Below, one piece after another: positions 38,063-47,749 of a DNA stretch of 64,000 nt. Made by a program: the position numbers and the translations under genes. The stretch lies in contig OY969116.1 in the NCBI GenBank assembly GCA_963698075.1, forward strand, positions 313,010 through 377,009, given 5' to 3'. The notes under the pieces were generated by a model. That model did not search any database, had not been told where the DNA came from, and saw only the letters and a list, made by a program, of their open reading frames with translations. The DNA comes from an uncultured Candidatus Berkelbacteria bacterium. Lineage in GTDB: Bacteria; Patescibacteriota; UBA1384; UBA12157; JAENIV01. The stretch's first letter is position 1; every line of letters starts with the position of its first letter.

Positions 38063-38365
38063 GGGGCTATCAAGCTTCGACGGGAAACAATTTGACAATT
38101 TCAAGTCGAGAAGGCTACGAACCTCGCAAAATCCGTGGCAAACACTAAACGCTAACAAGCAATTAGTACCTGCCTTAGCCTAATAGGCTAATGCACGTCG
38201 TTCCATTTGTTGGTTGACCGAATGGAAACGGCGCCAACCGTCAACCTCTGGGGATGGAAGATCGTCCTGGTACTATCCTTGAAACAAACGAGGGCAAATG
38301 CTAAGCTTGTCAACGATTATCAAAGAGTTTTTCGGACGGGAGTGCGATTCTCCCTAGCTCCACCA
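38063..38365 (+). ncRNA. ssrA: tmRNA; tag peptide ANKQLVPALA
   Basis: 5' GGGGCTA..TTCGAC, 3' GGACGGGAGTGCGATTCTCCCTAGCTCCACCA; resume codon GCT at 38151 after TAAAC; smpB nearby. Confidence 0.95.
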
Positions 38366-38367
38366 TC

Positions 38368-38398
38368 AAAAAATCACCCTTAAAACGGGTGGTTTTTT
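38368..38398 (+). terminator. Bidirectional terminator after ssrA
   Basis: aaaaaatcaccc-ttaaaac-gggtggtttttt. Confidence 0.75.
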
Positions 38399-38432
38399 GT
38401 TAAGAAAGAAGGCCCGCCAACATCAGCGAGCC

Positions 38433-38720
38433 CTACTCGATTAGGTCAGCCCTTTTGAGAGCTTCAATCACCTCATCTTTGAGTGACTCGCCCCGGGGAA
38501 GCCCGAAGCTCTTGACTCTGATTGGGCCGTTAGCCCCTTCCTCGTGGAGGATGACTACCTCAAAACCATCGCACAAGACAATGATACTGCCAGGAGTTGG
38601 GGAATGATATTTGCGGCCCCAACAACGACCGACGAAACCGGTGAGATTGCACTTATTCCAGATGCCGTCTAAGGCCTTTCTTGCCTCAACGAGTCGTTCG
38701 CCATCGCGTTGTCTGGCCAC
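38433..38720 (-). CDS. Hypothetical protein, GC-rich
   Basis: GGAGGT RBS before GTG; own TTGACA promoter and downstream hairpin. Confidence 0.65.
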   Translation of the reverse strand: MARQRDGERLVEARKALDGIWNKCNLTGFVGRCWGRKYHSPTPGSIIVLCDGFEVVILHEEGANGPIRVKSFGLPRGESLKDEVIEALKRADLIE

Positions 38721-38780
38721 CTTTGACCTCCAAGAGAAGGTTTGCTATATCATAGTAATATAAAGCTTGAGTGTCAACCC

Positions 38781-38809
38781 TTGACAAAATGTAAAGTTGA
38801 CTTTACAAT
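38781..38809 (+). promoter_or_regulatory. Promoter with overlapping palindromic operator
   Basis: TTGACA-17 nt-TACAAT; TGTAAAG-TTGA-CTTTACA at 38790-38807. Confidence 0.8.
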
Positions 38810-38826
38810 GTAGGTGGAGAGGAAAT

Positions 38827-39492
38827 ATGAAAATTTACATTCAACGTATCTCCCGTAGGTTAAGAAGTCTAAGGGAAGAGAAAGATCTCACTCAAGAAGA
38901 GCTTGCCGATCGACTGGGAATATCGAGACAATCGATAATCTCGGTTGAAAAAGGCAAATGTTTACCTTCTCTTCCCTTAGCCCTACGTATTTCGGAAATT
39001 TTTGAAAAATCTTTAGAAGACTTGTTTTTTGGTAATCAAAAAGAGAAAGGAGGTGATAATATGCCACGTTTCCTTATGCCCTGGTCGCCTTTCCGCAGAT
39101 TGGATAATTTTTTCGAGGATGAGGATTCATCGGCTTCCCCGCGATGGCGAGGATTCCAGTTCCCGATGGTTAACGTCAAACAATCTGACAAAGATATCGT
39201 TGTAACGGCTGACATTCCGGGGATCAAAGAAGAGGATGTCAATATTGAGGTTGGCGATACTTTTGTTGATATCTCTGGTGAGCGAAAAGAGGAAACCAAG
39301 AAAGAAGACGAAGGTTATTTCCACCAGGAAGTACGCTACGGTTCCTTTGCCCGACGCATTCCACTCCCGACTGAAGTCAAAGCAGATAAAGCCGACGCCA
39401 CAATCAAAGATGGACAACTGCGAATCACAATTCCCAAGCTCGAACCCGAAAAACCCAAAGTGACCAAAATCAAGGTCAAAAAAGCAAGCTAA
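38827..39492 (+). CDS. XRE helix-turn-helix / Hsp20 fusion with internal in-frame start at 39061
   Basis: LREEKDLTQEELADRLGISRQSIISVEKG..PSL.LA then P.VNV...ADIPG...ISGER...YGSFARRIPLP...DGQLRITIPK. Confidence 0.92.
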   Translation: MKIYIQRISRRLRSLREEKDLTQEELADRLGISRQSIISVEKGKCLPSLPLALRISEIFEKSLEDLFFGNQKEKGGDNMPRFLMPWSPFRRLDNFFEDEDSSASPRWRGFQFPMVNVKQSDKDIVVTADIPGIKEEDVNIEVGDTFVDISGERKEETKKEDEGYFHQEVRYGSFARRIPLPTEVKADKADATIKDGQLRITIPKLEPEKPKVTKIKVKKAS

Positions 39493-39559
39493 AAATTTTG
39501 TTTGAAAGTCATTTTACCCTTGTTTTAAGATTTAATCTTTGATAATATACAAGATAGAT

Positions 39560-40204
39560 ATGACACCCCAAAAAGAAAGTAAAAAACCCTACATTATCGG
39601 CATTACCGGTGGTACAGCATCAGGAAAAACTTTCGTCATTGAGGCCTTAAAAGATGCTTTCAACGGCAAGATTTTAGTCATTTCCCAAGATCAATATTAC
39701 AAAGGCGAAAGAGTCAAAAGATTTGATCGTTGGGAAAGGGCTAATTTAGACCAACCAAGCGCTTTTGATAATGAGTTGTTAGAAAAGCATCTCCATGATT
39801 TGATTGCCGGAAAAACAGTCCTCGCACCGGTTTATAATTATCAACTTCATCAACAAACCAAAGCCAAAGTGCCGCTTGAGCCCAAACCAGTGATAATCCT
39901 CGAGGGAATCATGATTTTCAATGACGAAAGATTAAGAAATCTCATGGATTGGAAGGTTTATCTTGAAGCCGCCCCGGACATTCGTCTGGCCCGCCGTTTA
40001 CTGCGCGATATTGAAGAGCGGGGCGTTACCATTCAAAACATCCGTTCAACCATTGAATGGTACGTCCAAAACGTCAAACCGATGCATGATAAATATATCC
40101 ATCCGATGAAACAATATGCTGACGCCCGCCTTAACACTGACAAAGGCTCGCTCGAGGCCGCCAACACGGTCAAAGAAAAGGTTAAGGAAATTTTGCGCGC
40201 TTAG
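39560..40204 (+). CDS. udk: Uridine kinase
   Basis: IIGITGGTASGKT, QDQYY, D.PSAFD, ILEGI, RLARRLLRDI.ERG. Confidence 0.93.
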   Translation: MTPQKESKKPYIIGITGGTASGKTFVIEALKDAFNGKILVISQDQYYKGERVKRFDRWERANLDQPSAFDNELLEKHLHDLIAGKTVLAPVYNYQLHQQTKAKVPLEPKPVIILEGIMIFNDERLRNLMDWKVYLEAAPDIRLARRLLRDIEERGVTIQNIRSTIEWYVQNVKPMHDKYIHPMKQYADARLNTDKGSLEAANTVKEKVKEILRA

Positions 40205-40269
40205 CTCAGTGGCAGAGCGTCTCTTTGACGTAGAGAAGGTCACTGGTTCAAGTCCAGTAGCGCGCACCA
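40195..40269 (+). tRNA. tRNA-Val(GAC)
   Basis: Cloverleaf; tctct-ttGACgt-agaga; ends CCA; overlaps udk stop. Confidence 0.95.
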
Positions 40270-40335
40270 TTGGTAAGGGGGCTTTTTTATGAAGAAGCGG
40301 TCGCCTATGGCGACCGCCTTGAACTCGACTTTGAT

Positions 40336-41385
40336 CTATTCTTCGAACTCGATTTCGCGGACCGCCTTTCCCGAGGCCTTGACGATACCAAGACCATGCG
40401 TTTCCCCATAGCCACCTTTCTTGACGACGACGGTGTGGATGCTTGAACCAGCAATGAGCTTAGCGCAACTCAGACAGGGTATGGAGTTGACGTAAATGGT
40501 GGTGCCGGCGACCGGGATCCCGACATTGGCCGCCGTCAGAAACGCCATTTCTTCAGCATGAATCGCTCGACAAACCTCAAGCATTTGTCCCGACGGGATG
40601 CCTCTTTCATCCCTTTCGCAGCCCACGTCGGCACAAAGTTCCGAACCGGGATATTGGCCATTGAAACCTGTCGCAATCACCCTCAGCTCCTCGGGGATGG
40701 CAATCACGCAGCCGTATCGCCGGGTCTGACCCACGAGATATCCCTGTTCGTCTCGAGGGAAACTACCATCAGCAGCACGCTGACAACCCCTAACGCAATT
40801 AGAAAGCCGAGAGGTGGCCACGACAATCCCCATGAAGTAGCGATCCCGGCGAGCAATCTCTCTTTGGTATTCTTCAGTACCGAGACCAACGCCTGTCAAA
40901 CCCGTCGAACCAAATCCACCTATCCCCCTCATTGTTGGTGGTAACTCCTCTGCTGTCGCCACCTCAAGCAGATCAGGAATTTCCACCTGTGAAAAGATAA
41001 GCTGAGCAACACGCATCTCAGGCTCGATGGTAAACGGCTGACGGCCACGGTTAACCAAGAGACACCCCGCCTCGCCGCGGAAGTCCGGATCAATCGTTCC
41101 AGGACTGTTTCCCAGTTCAATTCGGTGCTTGGTTGCCAAACCGCTTCGCGGTCGCACTTCAACCTGGTGACCCCAGGGAAGAGCCATCGCAAAGCCAACA
41201 CCAATCAAAATGGCATCGTCAGGAAGAATTGTTACTGGTAGTTCCTCTCTCACTTCTCGTGTGTTTGGATCAAGAACTCGAGAGGCAAAGACATCATAGC
41301 CGATAGCCCCGGGGCTTGCCCTCACTGGCAACCGAGCATCAGGACGAACCTTCCAAACTCGAATACTTCCCAGCACTTCCGGCAT
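40336..41385 (-). CDS. Fused dUTPase / dCMP deaminase, GC-rich
   Basis: GYDV, RPRSGLA, GTIDPDFRGE, RGIGGFGSTG then DRYFM..SNC.R, TGFNG, HAEE, PCLSC. Confidence 0.9.
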   Translation of the reverse strand: MPEVLGSIRVWKVRPDARLPVRASPGAIGYDVFASRVLDPNTREVREELPVTILPDDAILIGVGFAMALPWGHQVEVRPRSGLATKHRIELGNSPGTIDPDFRGEAGCLLVNRGRQPFTIEPEMRVAQLIFSQVEIPDLLEVATAEELPPTMRGIGGFGSTGLTGVGLGTEEYQREIARRDRYFMGIVVATSRLSNCVRGCQRAADGSFPRDEQGYLVGQTRRYGCVIAIPEELRVIATGFNGQYPGSELCADVGCERDERGIPSGQMLEVCRAIHAEEMAFLTAANVGIPVAGTTIYVNSIPCLSCAKLIAGSSIHTVVVKKGGYGETHGLGIVKASGKAVREIEFEE

Positions 41386-41472
41386 CTTCCTTCCTCCACT
41401 CAAAGGTGCTCTCCAACCGCCTTTAATATAGCAAAGACAAATTTTAAAGCAACAGAAAAATATTGAGTTCTT

Positions 41473-42222
41473 TTAATTAGAGCTTTTTTCAATTACAATC
41501 GTCATTTTCCCGGAGCTGCTACCAAGATGGGCAATTCGTTGGCGCCAATCATAGTCACGATGATATTTCTTGATTTTAATATTATTGCTGCAAATATTTT
41601 TTATCATCGACTCTAACTTTTTTGGCGTCAAAAAAAACACTATTGAATTAGGTGTGACTTCCAATGACTTTATTCTTAATCCAATTCTAGCGTTAATTTT
41701 AGATAAATAATAAATTAATTTCGATCCCAGGGACGATTCATCAACTAACTCTTCGATAAAAATTGCTCCGTCCGGTTTCAAAGGCCGCCAAAGCTCTTTA
41801 AGAGCTTTTTCTTGATTATTGAGTGTTTCTTGATAATTTTTACCGATAAGATGATGGAGAATATCACGAATAATTAAACAATCGAAAGATTTATCAGCCA
41901 ATTTCGAATCCAGGATCGATCCATGAACAAAATTAATTTTTTTTAAAATTTGGCGGTTTCGATAGCTGGCGATTAGTTCGATATTCGTTAACTCACTTTG
42001 AGGAAAAGAATGATGAATTTGGGCCAATAATTGACCCGCGGCCCCTCCAAACTCAGCTATCTTAATTTTTTTTCCGCCAGAGGCGGATCGGCCTTTGGCC
42101 GACTTTTTTCTCGCCCAAGCTAAAAAAAGCGGAATAATTGGCGAGGTTGCCGCCGATTGATCTTTCTTCGCATAGTAATCAAGCTGTTCTTCAAAGAGCT
42201 TTGCCACCGAGGGATCTTGCAT
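41473..42222 (-). CDS. Class I SAM-dependent methyltransferase
   Basis: IAEFGGAAG, SFDCLIIRDILHHL, LKPDG.IFIEE. Confidence 0.85.
   Translation of the reverse strand: MQDPSVAKLFEEQLDYYAKKDQSAATSPIIPLFLAWARKKSAKGRSASGGKKIKIAEFGGAAGQLLAQIHHSFPQSELTNIELIASYRNRQILKKINFVHGSILDSKLADKSFDCLIIRDILHHLIGKNYQETLNNQEKALKELWRPLKPDGAIFIEELVDESSLGSKLIYYLSKINARIGLRIKSLEVTPNSIVFFLTPKKLESMIKNICSNNIKIKKYHRDYDWRQRIAHLGSSSGKMTIVIEKSSN
42073..42102. repeat. Double mini-hairpin repeat in frame in methyltransferase
   Basis: tccgccagaggcgga + tcggcctttggccga (30 nt) encodes SAKGRSASGG. Confidence 0.65.
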
Positions 42223-42223
42223 T

Positions 42224-43243
42224 CTAACTTCTCAATTTCCTAATTTCCGGCCACTCTTGAATTAAAACCGATATTGCCGCCGCAATTGGCACGGCAATCA
42301 AAACGCCCAAGATGCCCATAAGTTTAGCGCCCACCAGTAAAGCTAAAATAATGATCACTGGCGAAAGTCCCACCGCCTTACCCATTACTTTCGGGGCTAA
42401 AAACTGAGCTTCCAATTGTTGAATGACCAAATAAGCAATAAAAATCAATAAAGCTTTTAGGGGCGAAACCGTTAAGGCAACCAAAAAAGCCGGTATCAAC
42501 CCTAACCAAGGTCCAATATAAGGGATGACCTCAGTAATCGCTCCCCAAACAGCTAGAACTAAAGCATAAGGAATTCCCAAAGCGAGTAAGGCAACTGCAT
42601 CTAAAACTCCGATGATGACCATCAGTATGGCTTGACCTCTGAGCCATCCTCCCATTTTGCCGCCGATTTTTCTTAAAATTTCAAAAATTTTTTCTTTTTG
42701 GGTAAAAGGAAGAGTCTGCTCTAAAAATTTCTTTAAAGATTCTTGTTCCAAAAGCATATAAAAAGCCAAGACTAAAATTGTCAAAAAAGCCACGACCCCG
42801 GTAATAAAACCGACGGTCGTCGAATAAATTCCTGAGCCCAAACGACCCAATTGCGAGGAAATATTAAATAATCCTTCTTGGTAATTGCTGATCGAATTTT
42901 GAATCGTCTGATAAAAGGGTCCCAATTTAGATAAAATCGTCGGTAAATTGATGGCCAATAATTGAAGCTGGTGGACAATCGGCGGGATGATTAAATAACC
43001 TATGCCCCCCAAAACGCTCAAGAAAACCAAAGAAAATATAATCACTGCCAAGACCCGAGGCATTAATTTGGCCAGCCAATCAACAATTGGACCAAAAGCG
43101 GCGACAATGACCAAGACAATAAAGAAGAGGACGACAATATCACGGATGGCATATATAAACCAAACGGCAAAAACCGCCAAAATTAGCTTGATAATTGTTG
43201 ACGTCGAAATTTCAAATTTTATCCGGTCAGCATGCTTTTCCAT
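42224..43243 (-). CDS. AI-2E family (PerM-like) transporter
   Basis: Multi-TM; WLRGQ, IPYIGP, QQLE..LAPKVMG..VGLSP. Confidence 0.92.
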   Translation of the reverse strand: MEKHADRIKFEISTSTIIKLILAVFAVWFIYAIRDIVVLFFIVLVIVAAFGPIVDWLAKLMPRVLAVIIFSLVFLSVLGGIGYLIIPPIVHQLQLLAINLPTILSKLGPFYQTIQNSISNYQEGLFNISSQLGRLGSGIYSTTVGFITGVVAFLTILVLAFYMLLEQESLKKFLEQTLPFTQKEKIFEILRKIGGKMGGWLRGQAILMVIIGVLDAVALLALGIPYALVLAVWGAITEVIPYIGPWLGLIPAFLVALTVSPLKALLIFIAYLVIQQLEAQFLAPKVMGKAVGLSPVIIILALLVGAKLMGILGVLIAVPIAAAISVLIQEWPEIRKLRS

Positions 43244-43304
43244 CTTTAGTTCTACTTTATTCTAACAGGTAAAAGGTGAAAAAACAAGATTTTTAAGCTC
43301 GAGG

Positions 43305-43333
43305 TTGACTTTTGGGTCATTTTATGGTATAAT
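43305..43333 (+). promoter_or_regulatory. Promoter of GC-rich beta-propeller gene
   Basis: TTGACT-17 nt-TATAAT. Confidence 0.7.
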
Positions 43334-43415
43334 CTCTAGGTTGTACCTGAAAAACCGGGTGTATCCCGGATAAAGCCTTGCGCCCCGAGGGGACAAGGCG
43401 GAAAGGCATTGAGCG

Positions 43416-44411
43416 ATGAAGCACAGCTCGGTCGTACTGATGGTTCTGGCGTTGGTCTTGTTGTGTATGATGGCCTGCAGCGCGGTGATGGCGTACGTTC
43501 CAGACTACCCCCCTATCTCTGAATCGCTGGCAGGAAGAACCCTCGCCCTCGCGGCGGTGCCCGCGGGCTCGATCGCACCCGTGCCGCAGGTCTTCGTCTG
43601 GCAGTATGGACGCCAGCCGGTCCAGATCACCAACTCCCGATGGGCCGTTACCCATCCGCGCTGGTCACCCAACGGCCACCTCCTTGCCGTCAACGACGGC
43701 AACCAGGTGGCGACGATCAACCTCGCCAACGGCAGAGAGACCATCGTCGTACCCGGTCCCCGCAAGTTCCTGGGAGACTGGTCATCGGATGGCCGTTTCC
43801 TCTGCTACACGGCGTTGACGTGGGTCCCGGAGTGGGACGACTTCTTCTTCCCGCGCGTCTGGTACGTGGACGTTCACACCAAGAAGAACTTCCAGATCCC
43901 GGACCATGGTGTGGACCAGCGCAATCCCACCTGGGGGGCCGACGGCACCATCGCCTACGAAGAGTGGGAGGGGGTCCCGCCGGTGATCAAGGGCTACAAC
44001 CCTTACACCGGCGAAGAGAAGCCCCTGGTGCCGATCGATGAGAAGTTTCATGGAGCGGAGAATCCGGTCTGGACCCCCGAGGGCGATCTTTACTACAACA
44101 ACTGGCCGCCCTACACCGACACCAACAAGATCTTCTTGGTTACAAACGAGGAGATCCCGGGCCGCGGCGACCCCGTCACCCACAACCTATGGGAATGGGG
44201 TGAGGACACGCCGGAACTGGCGACTGCCGAGGGTGACCTGTTCTACTACTCCCTGGGTCAGAACCAGTACACCACCTACCACTTCTTCCGCGACCGTTTC
44301 GGCACGCTGTGGGGCCTTGATCACATCATCGGCCTCGACTACTGGTGCGGATCAATCACCATCACCCAGAGCCAACCGATCCACCGCCGTTACTGGCGAT
44401 GGCGCCGATAA
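43416..44411 (+). CDS. Secreted TolB-like beta-propeller protein, GC-rich
   Basis: Signal peptide; PRWSPNG, WSSDG, NPTWGADG, NPVWTPEG repeats. Confidence 0.8.
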   Translation: MKHSSVVLMVLALVLLCMMACSAVMAYVPDYPPISESLAGRTLALAAVPAGSIAPVPQVFVWQYGRQPVQITNSRWAVTHPRWSPNGHLLAVNDGNQVATINLANGRETIVVPGPRKFLGDWSSDGRFLCYTALTWVPEWDDFFFPRVWYVDVHTKKNFQIPDHGVDQRNPTWGADGTIAYEEWEGVPPVIKGYNPYTGEEKPLVPIDEKFHGAENPVWTPEGDLYYNNWPPYTDTNKIFLVTNEEIPGRGDPVTHNLWEWGEDTPELATAEGDLFYYSLGQNQYTTYHFFRDRFGTLWGLDHIIGLDYWCGSITITQSQPIHRRYWRWRR

Positions 44412-44486
44412 CTATCACCGCACACTCAGACATGAACGGCGGTCCACCCGGACCGCCGTTTCTTTATATCTAAAAAGAGATCCTTT

Positions 44487-45569
44487 TTATTCATCCGCCA
44501 AACGAAATCTTAAGACCGAAATCACTAACGTCACCACAATCCATACGAGTACTATTATTATATTAACTGGATTAGTAAAAGGTGATGAATTTTCTAAGCC
44601 GACCTGACGAATCATACGAAGTAAGGGTGCTAAGGGTAAATATTGGACAATACTGAAAAGCCATTTTGGTAATTGATCAATCGGAAAAAATACGCCGGCC
44701 AAAAACATCATCGGAATACTAATCGCTACTGACATTCCTTGAGCGGCGTCAACGGTTTTGGAAGCCGACGCCACGGCAAAACCAATTGATTGAAAAAGCA
44801 AACCGCCAAGCAAGGAGATTAGAACAATTAGCCAGAGGCTGCCCACAATGTGAGCATTAAAACCCCAAATACCGATGGCCAGAATCAGTGATATTTGGAT
44901 AATATTAACCACTAATCTCGACATCACCTCAGCGAAGACAAACTTCCATGGCTTGAGAGGCGTTGTTGTAATTCTTTTTAGGATTTTATCTTGACGATAG
45001 CGAGCCATGGTAATGGCGATTCCCTGAATCGAACCATTCATCAGCGCCAAACCAATAATCCCAATAAGAACAAAATCAAAATAAGTCAAATTTTTATCAG
45101 TCAGGGTTTCATTTTTTACCGAATAAATTGGTCGGGCATTTTGGATTTGAAAATTAACATTATTTAAAAATTTATCCAAAAATCCGGCAACCGCTAAATT
45201 AGCTTGAGCGTTAGAGGGATCGTTGATAAAAATTATTTGGGTGGGTGCACCAGGTTTAGGATTACCAAAATCTCGAGGAATTTCCACCACTGCTGTCACT
45301 TTATTTTTCTTTAAGAGATCTTTGCCAGCATTAACATCTTGTTCTTTTTGAATCTTAAAAATACCCGAATCAGTCATTGTTTTTTCGATTGTCGCCGCCA
45401 GCTCACTGTTGGAATTATTAATTAAGGCGACGGTCCCCACATTAGTATTATTGCCGCCGAAAAAAAGCCCAAAAATAATCGTGAACATCAAGGGGAAAAA
45501 CAAGCTCCAAAAAAGCGCCTGTCGGCCGCGAACTAACATTTTTAGGTTGGCGATAAATAGTCGAAACAT
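44487..45569 (-). CDS. ABC-2 type exporter permease
   Basis: LFWSLFFP, ILKRITTTP, FLAGVFFP. Confidence 0.9.
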   Translation of the reverse strand: MFRLFIANLKMLVRGRQALFWSLFFPLMFTIIFGLFFGGNNTNVGTVALINNSNSELAATIEKTMTDSGIFKIQKEQDVNAGKDLLKKNKVTAVVEIPRDFGNPKPGAPTQIIFINDPSNAQANLAVAGFLDKFLNNVNFQIQNARPIYSVKNETLTDKNLTYFDFVLIGIIGLALMNGSIQGIAITMARYRQDKILKRITTTPLKPWKFVFAEVMSRLVVNIIQISLILAIGIWGFNAHIVGSLWLIVLISLLGGLLFQSIGFAVASASKTVDAAQGMSVAISIPMMFLAGVFFPIDQLPKWLFSIVQYLPLAPLLRMIRQVGLENSSPFTNPVNIIIVLVWIVVTLVISVLRFRLADE

Positions 45570-45582
45570 TTTAATTTAAAAA

Positions 45583-46548
45583 TTATTTATTACTATTTTC
45601 TTCGTCAGTAATTGTTTTACCGGTCAATTCGATAAATACATCTTCGAGGGTCGCCGAGCCAACATTGATGCTTTCTGGTCTTTCTTTTTGGACTAAGTCT
45701 AAAGCATCATTCAAAGCAGTCTGGGATTTTAATTTAATTTCGTAATGGGCCGTTTTTCCGGGAAAAGTCTTAATGTCACAGTCTTCAACATGACAATTAG
45801 CCCTTAATTTATCAATTAATTGGGGATTCTCATAAGACAAAATAAACTCAATTTTATAAGGACTATCTGTTTTCTCAATCAACCGGTGGGGTTTATCCAA
45901 AACAATAATTTTGCCTTTATCCATAATCGCCACTCGGTCGCAGAGAATTTCCGCTTCCTCCATGTAGTGAGTTGTCAAAACGATCGTTTTCCCCTGCTTT
46001 TTTATCTCGGAAATTATTTCCCACAAATTACGACGACCGATCGGATCAAGACCGGTCGTGGGTTCGTCCAAAAAGACAATTTGAGGATCATTAATCAATG
46101 AAGCGATAATCGAAAAACGCTGTTTTTGCCCGCCAGAAAGATCTCTAATATATTGATTAGCTTTGCTCTCCAGGCCAACCATTTTCAAAAGCCGTGCTGG
46201 ATAAAGATGCATTTTATAAAAACCGCCGAATAATTCAAGAATTTCTTTGAGCTTCAGATCGTCAAAATAGGCGCTTGATTGCAGTTGGACGCCAATTTTT
46301 TCCTTGATAGTTCCGAGTTCTTTTTTGACATCTTTGCCCAAAACTAAAATCTCGCCGTGGGTTGGCTTTCTCAAACCTTCAATCATTTCTAAAGTCGTGG
46401 TTTTACCGGCACCATTTTCGCCCAAAAGACCAAAAATCTCGCCCTTTTGAACTTCAAAAGAGATATCGTTAACCGCTAAGAGTCCATTATCCCCCGCATG
46501 ATATCTTTTGGATAAATTCTTAACTTCAATGACTTTTCCGTTCATCAT
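45583..46548 (-). CDS. ABC exporter ATP-binding protein
   Basis: GENGAGKTT, LSGGQKQR, LDEPTTGLD. Confidence 0.95.
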   Translation of the reverse strand: MMNGKVIEVKNLSKRYHAGDNGLLAVNDISFEVQKGEIFGLLGENGAGKTTTLEMIEGLRKPTHGEILVLGKDVKKELGTIKEKIGVQLQSSAYFDDLKLKEILELFGGFYKMHLYPARLLKMVGLESKANQYIRDLSGGQKQRFSIIASLINDPQIVFLDEPTTGLDPIGRRNLWEIISEIKKQGKTIVLTTHYMEEAEILCDRVAIMDKGKIIVLDKPHRLIEKTDSPYKIEFILSYENPQLIDKLRANCHVEDCDIKTFPGKTAHYEIKLKSQTALNDALDLVQKERPESINVGSATLEDVFIELTGKTITDEENSNK

Positions 46549-47747
46549 CTTGTAATCACCCGTTTAAAAACTGGCACCGAGATTGCTAAAGTGACCACTC
46601 CGAAGATTAAAAGAATCAAAAATTCGGTTCTCACGGCCGTAAAACCTGCACCCAAAACCATCACTTTTCGTATCGCATTAATGGCGTACGTCAGAGGAAT
46701 GACATGGGCAATTTTCTGCATGAAGTTGGGCATCAAGGCGATGGGGAAGAAAACACCAGATAAAAATAGCATTGGGAATTGGAACATAAAGAGAAGCTGA
46801 GTGGCGGTTTCCTGCTCCGTGGCAATCGCTGAAACCAAAATGCCCAAACCAACAAAGGAAAAAATTCCTAAAACTAAAAGCAGCGCTACCAATAAAATAT
46901 TGCCATGAACAGTGACGCCAAAAAGCAGAAATGCGAGCAATAAAACAATCGCTCCTTGAACCAAGCCTCGAATTGATTGTGATAAAGCCTTGCCAAGAAC
47001 TATTGCCAAGCGGTTAATCGGTGAAATTAAAATTCCGTCTAAAGTGCCTTGTTCCTTTTCTCTTGATATCGAGGCCGCCAATCCCGTCAATACGGCGGTC
47101 ATCACAATCATCGCCATAATACCCGGGGCGACAAATTCAAAATAGTTCGGATTGCCGGGAATAATCCCTTCGATTTTTGCTTGGATTGGCGCGATAATGG
47201 ATTGAACCGAAATACTGGAAACCGGATTAGTGGCGGGGACGGCGGTTAGAAGTTGATTGATTTTTTGGGCGCCCACTTGGGTACTGAAACCCGAGACGAC
47301 TTGCGCCAAAATTTGGTCAACCATCTGCGAAATCTGCGGGTTGGATTGGTCTTGGACGATGGTCACTTGCGCTTGTTCGTTAGAAGTGATTTTTTGATCA
47401 AAATCGGCTGGGATATCAATTCCGCCACTAATTTGCTGCGATTTAATTGCGTTCTTAATTGCATCGATACTATCGTAAGTTTTGACTTCAAAAGCTAAAT
47501 CGGGTTTGTCGGGTGATAATTTTAAGTTGGTAATAGTGGTTACCAATTGCTGACTGATCGTTTCGCCATCTTGATTGGCGATGCCGATCGGGACATTTTT
47601 TAAAGTATTTTGGTTGGGAAAAATAAACCCGACCATAATCATCATAAACATCGGCATAATAAAGAATGTCACTAAACGCAATCGGTCGCGCGTAAATTCC
47701 AATAAATCTTTTTTAGCAATTTGCCATAAATCTAAAAGTGTTCCCAT
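46545..47747 (-). CDS. ABC-2 type exporter permease
   Basis: REKEQGTL, FLSGVFFP, PLTYA. Confidence 0.9.
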   Translation of the reverse strand: MGTLLDLWQIAKKDLLEFTRDRLRLVTFFIMPMFMMIMVGFIFPNQNTLKNVPIGIANQDGETISQQLVTTITNLKLSPDKPDLAFEVKTYDSIDAIKNAIKSQQISGGIDIPADFDQKITSNEQAQVTIVQDQSNPQISQMVDQILAQVVSGFSTQVGAQKINQLLTAVPATNPVSSISVQSIIAPIQAKIEGIIPGNPNYFEFVAPGIMAMIVMTAVLTGLAASISREKEQGTLDGILISPINRLAIVLGKALSQSIRGLVQGAIVLLLAFLLFGVTVHGNILLVALLLVLGIFSFVGLGILVSAIATEQETATQLLFMFQFPMLFLSGVFFPIALMPNFMQKIAHVIPLTYAINAIRKVMVLGAGFTAVRTEFLILLIFGVVTLAISVPVFKRVITR

Positions 47748-47749
47748 TT

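Noticed and set aside
40046-40270. 74-aa minus-strand ORF
   Set aside because: Antisense to tRNA-Val and udk.
43317-44607. Multiple overlapping ORFs around the beta-propeller gene
   Set aside because: Expected stop-poor shadow frames of a GC-rich gene; the same applies at 4.4-5.4 kb and 58.0-58.9 kb.
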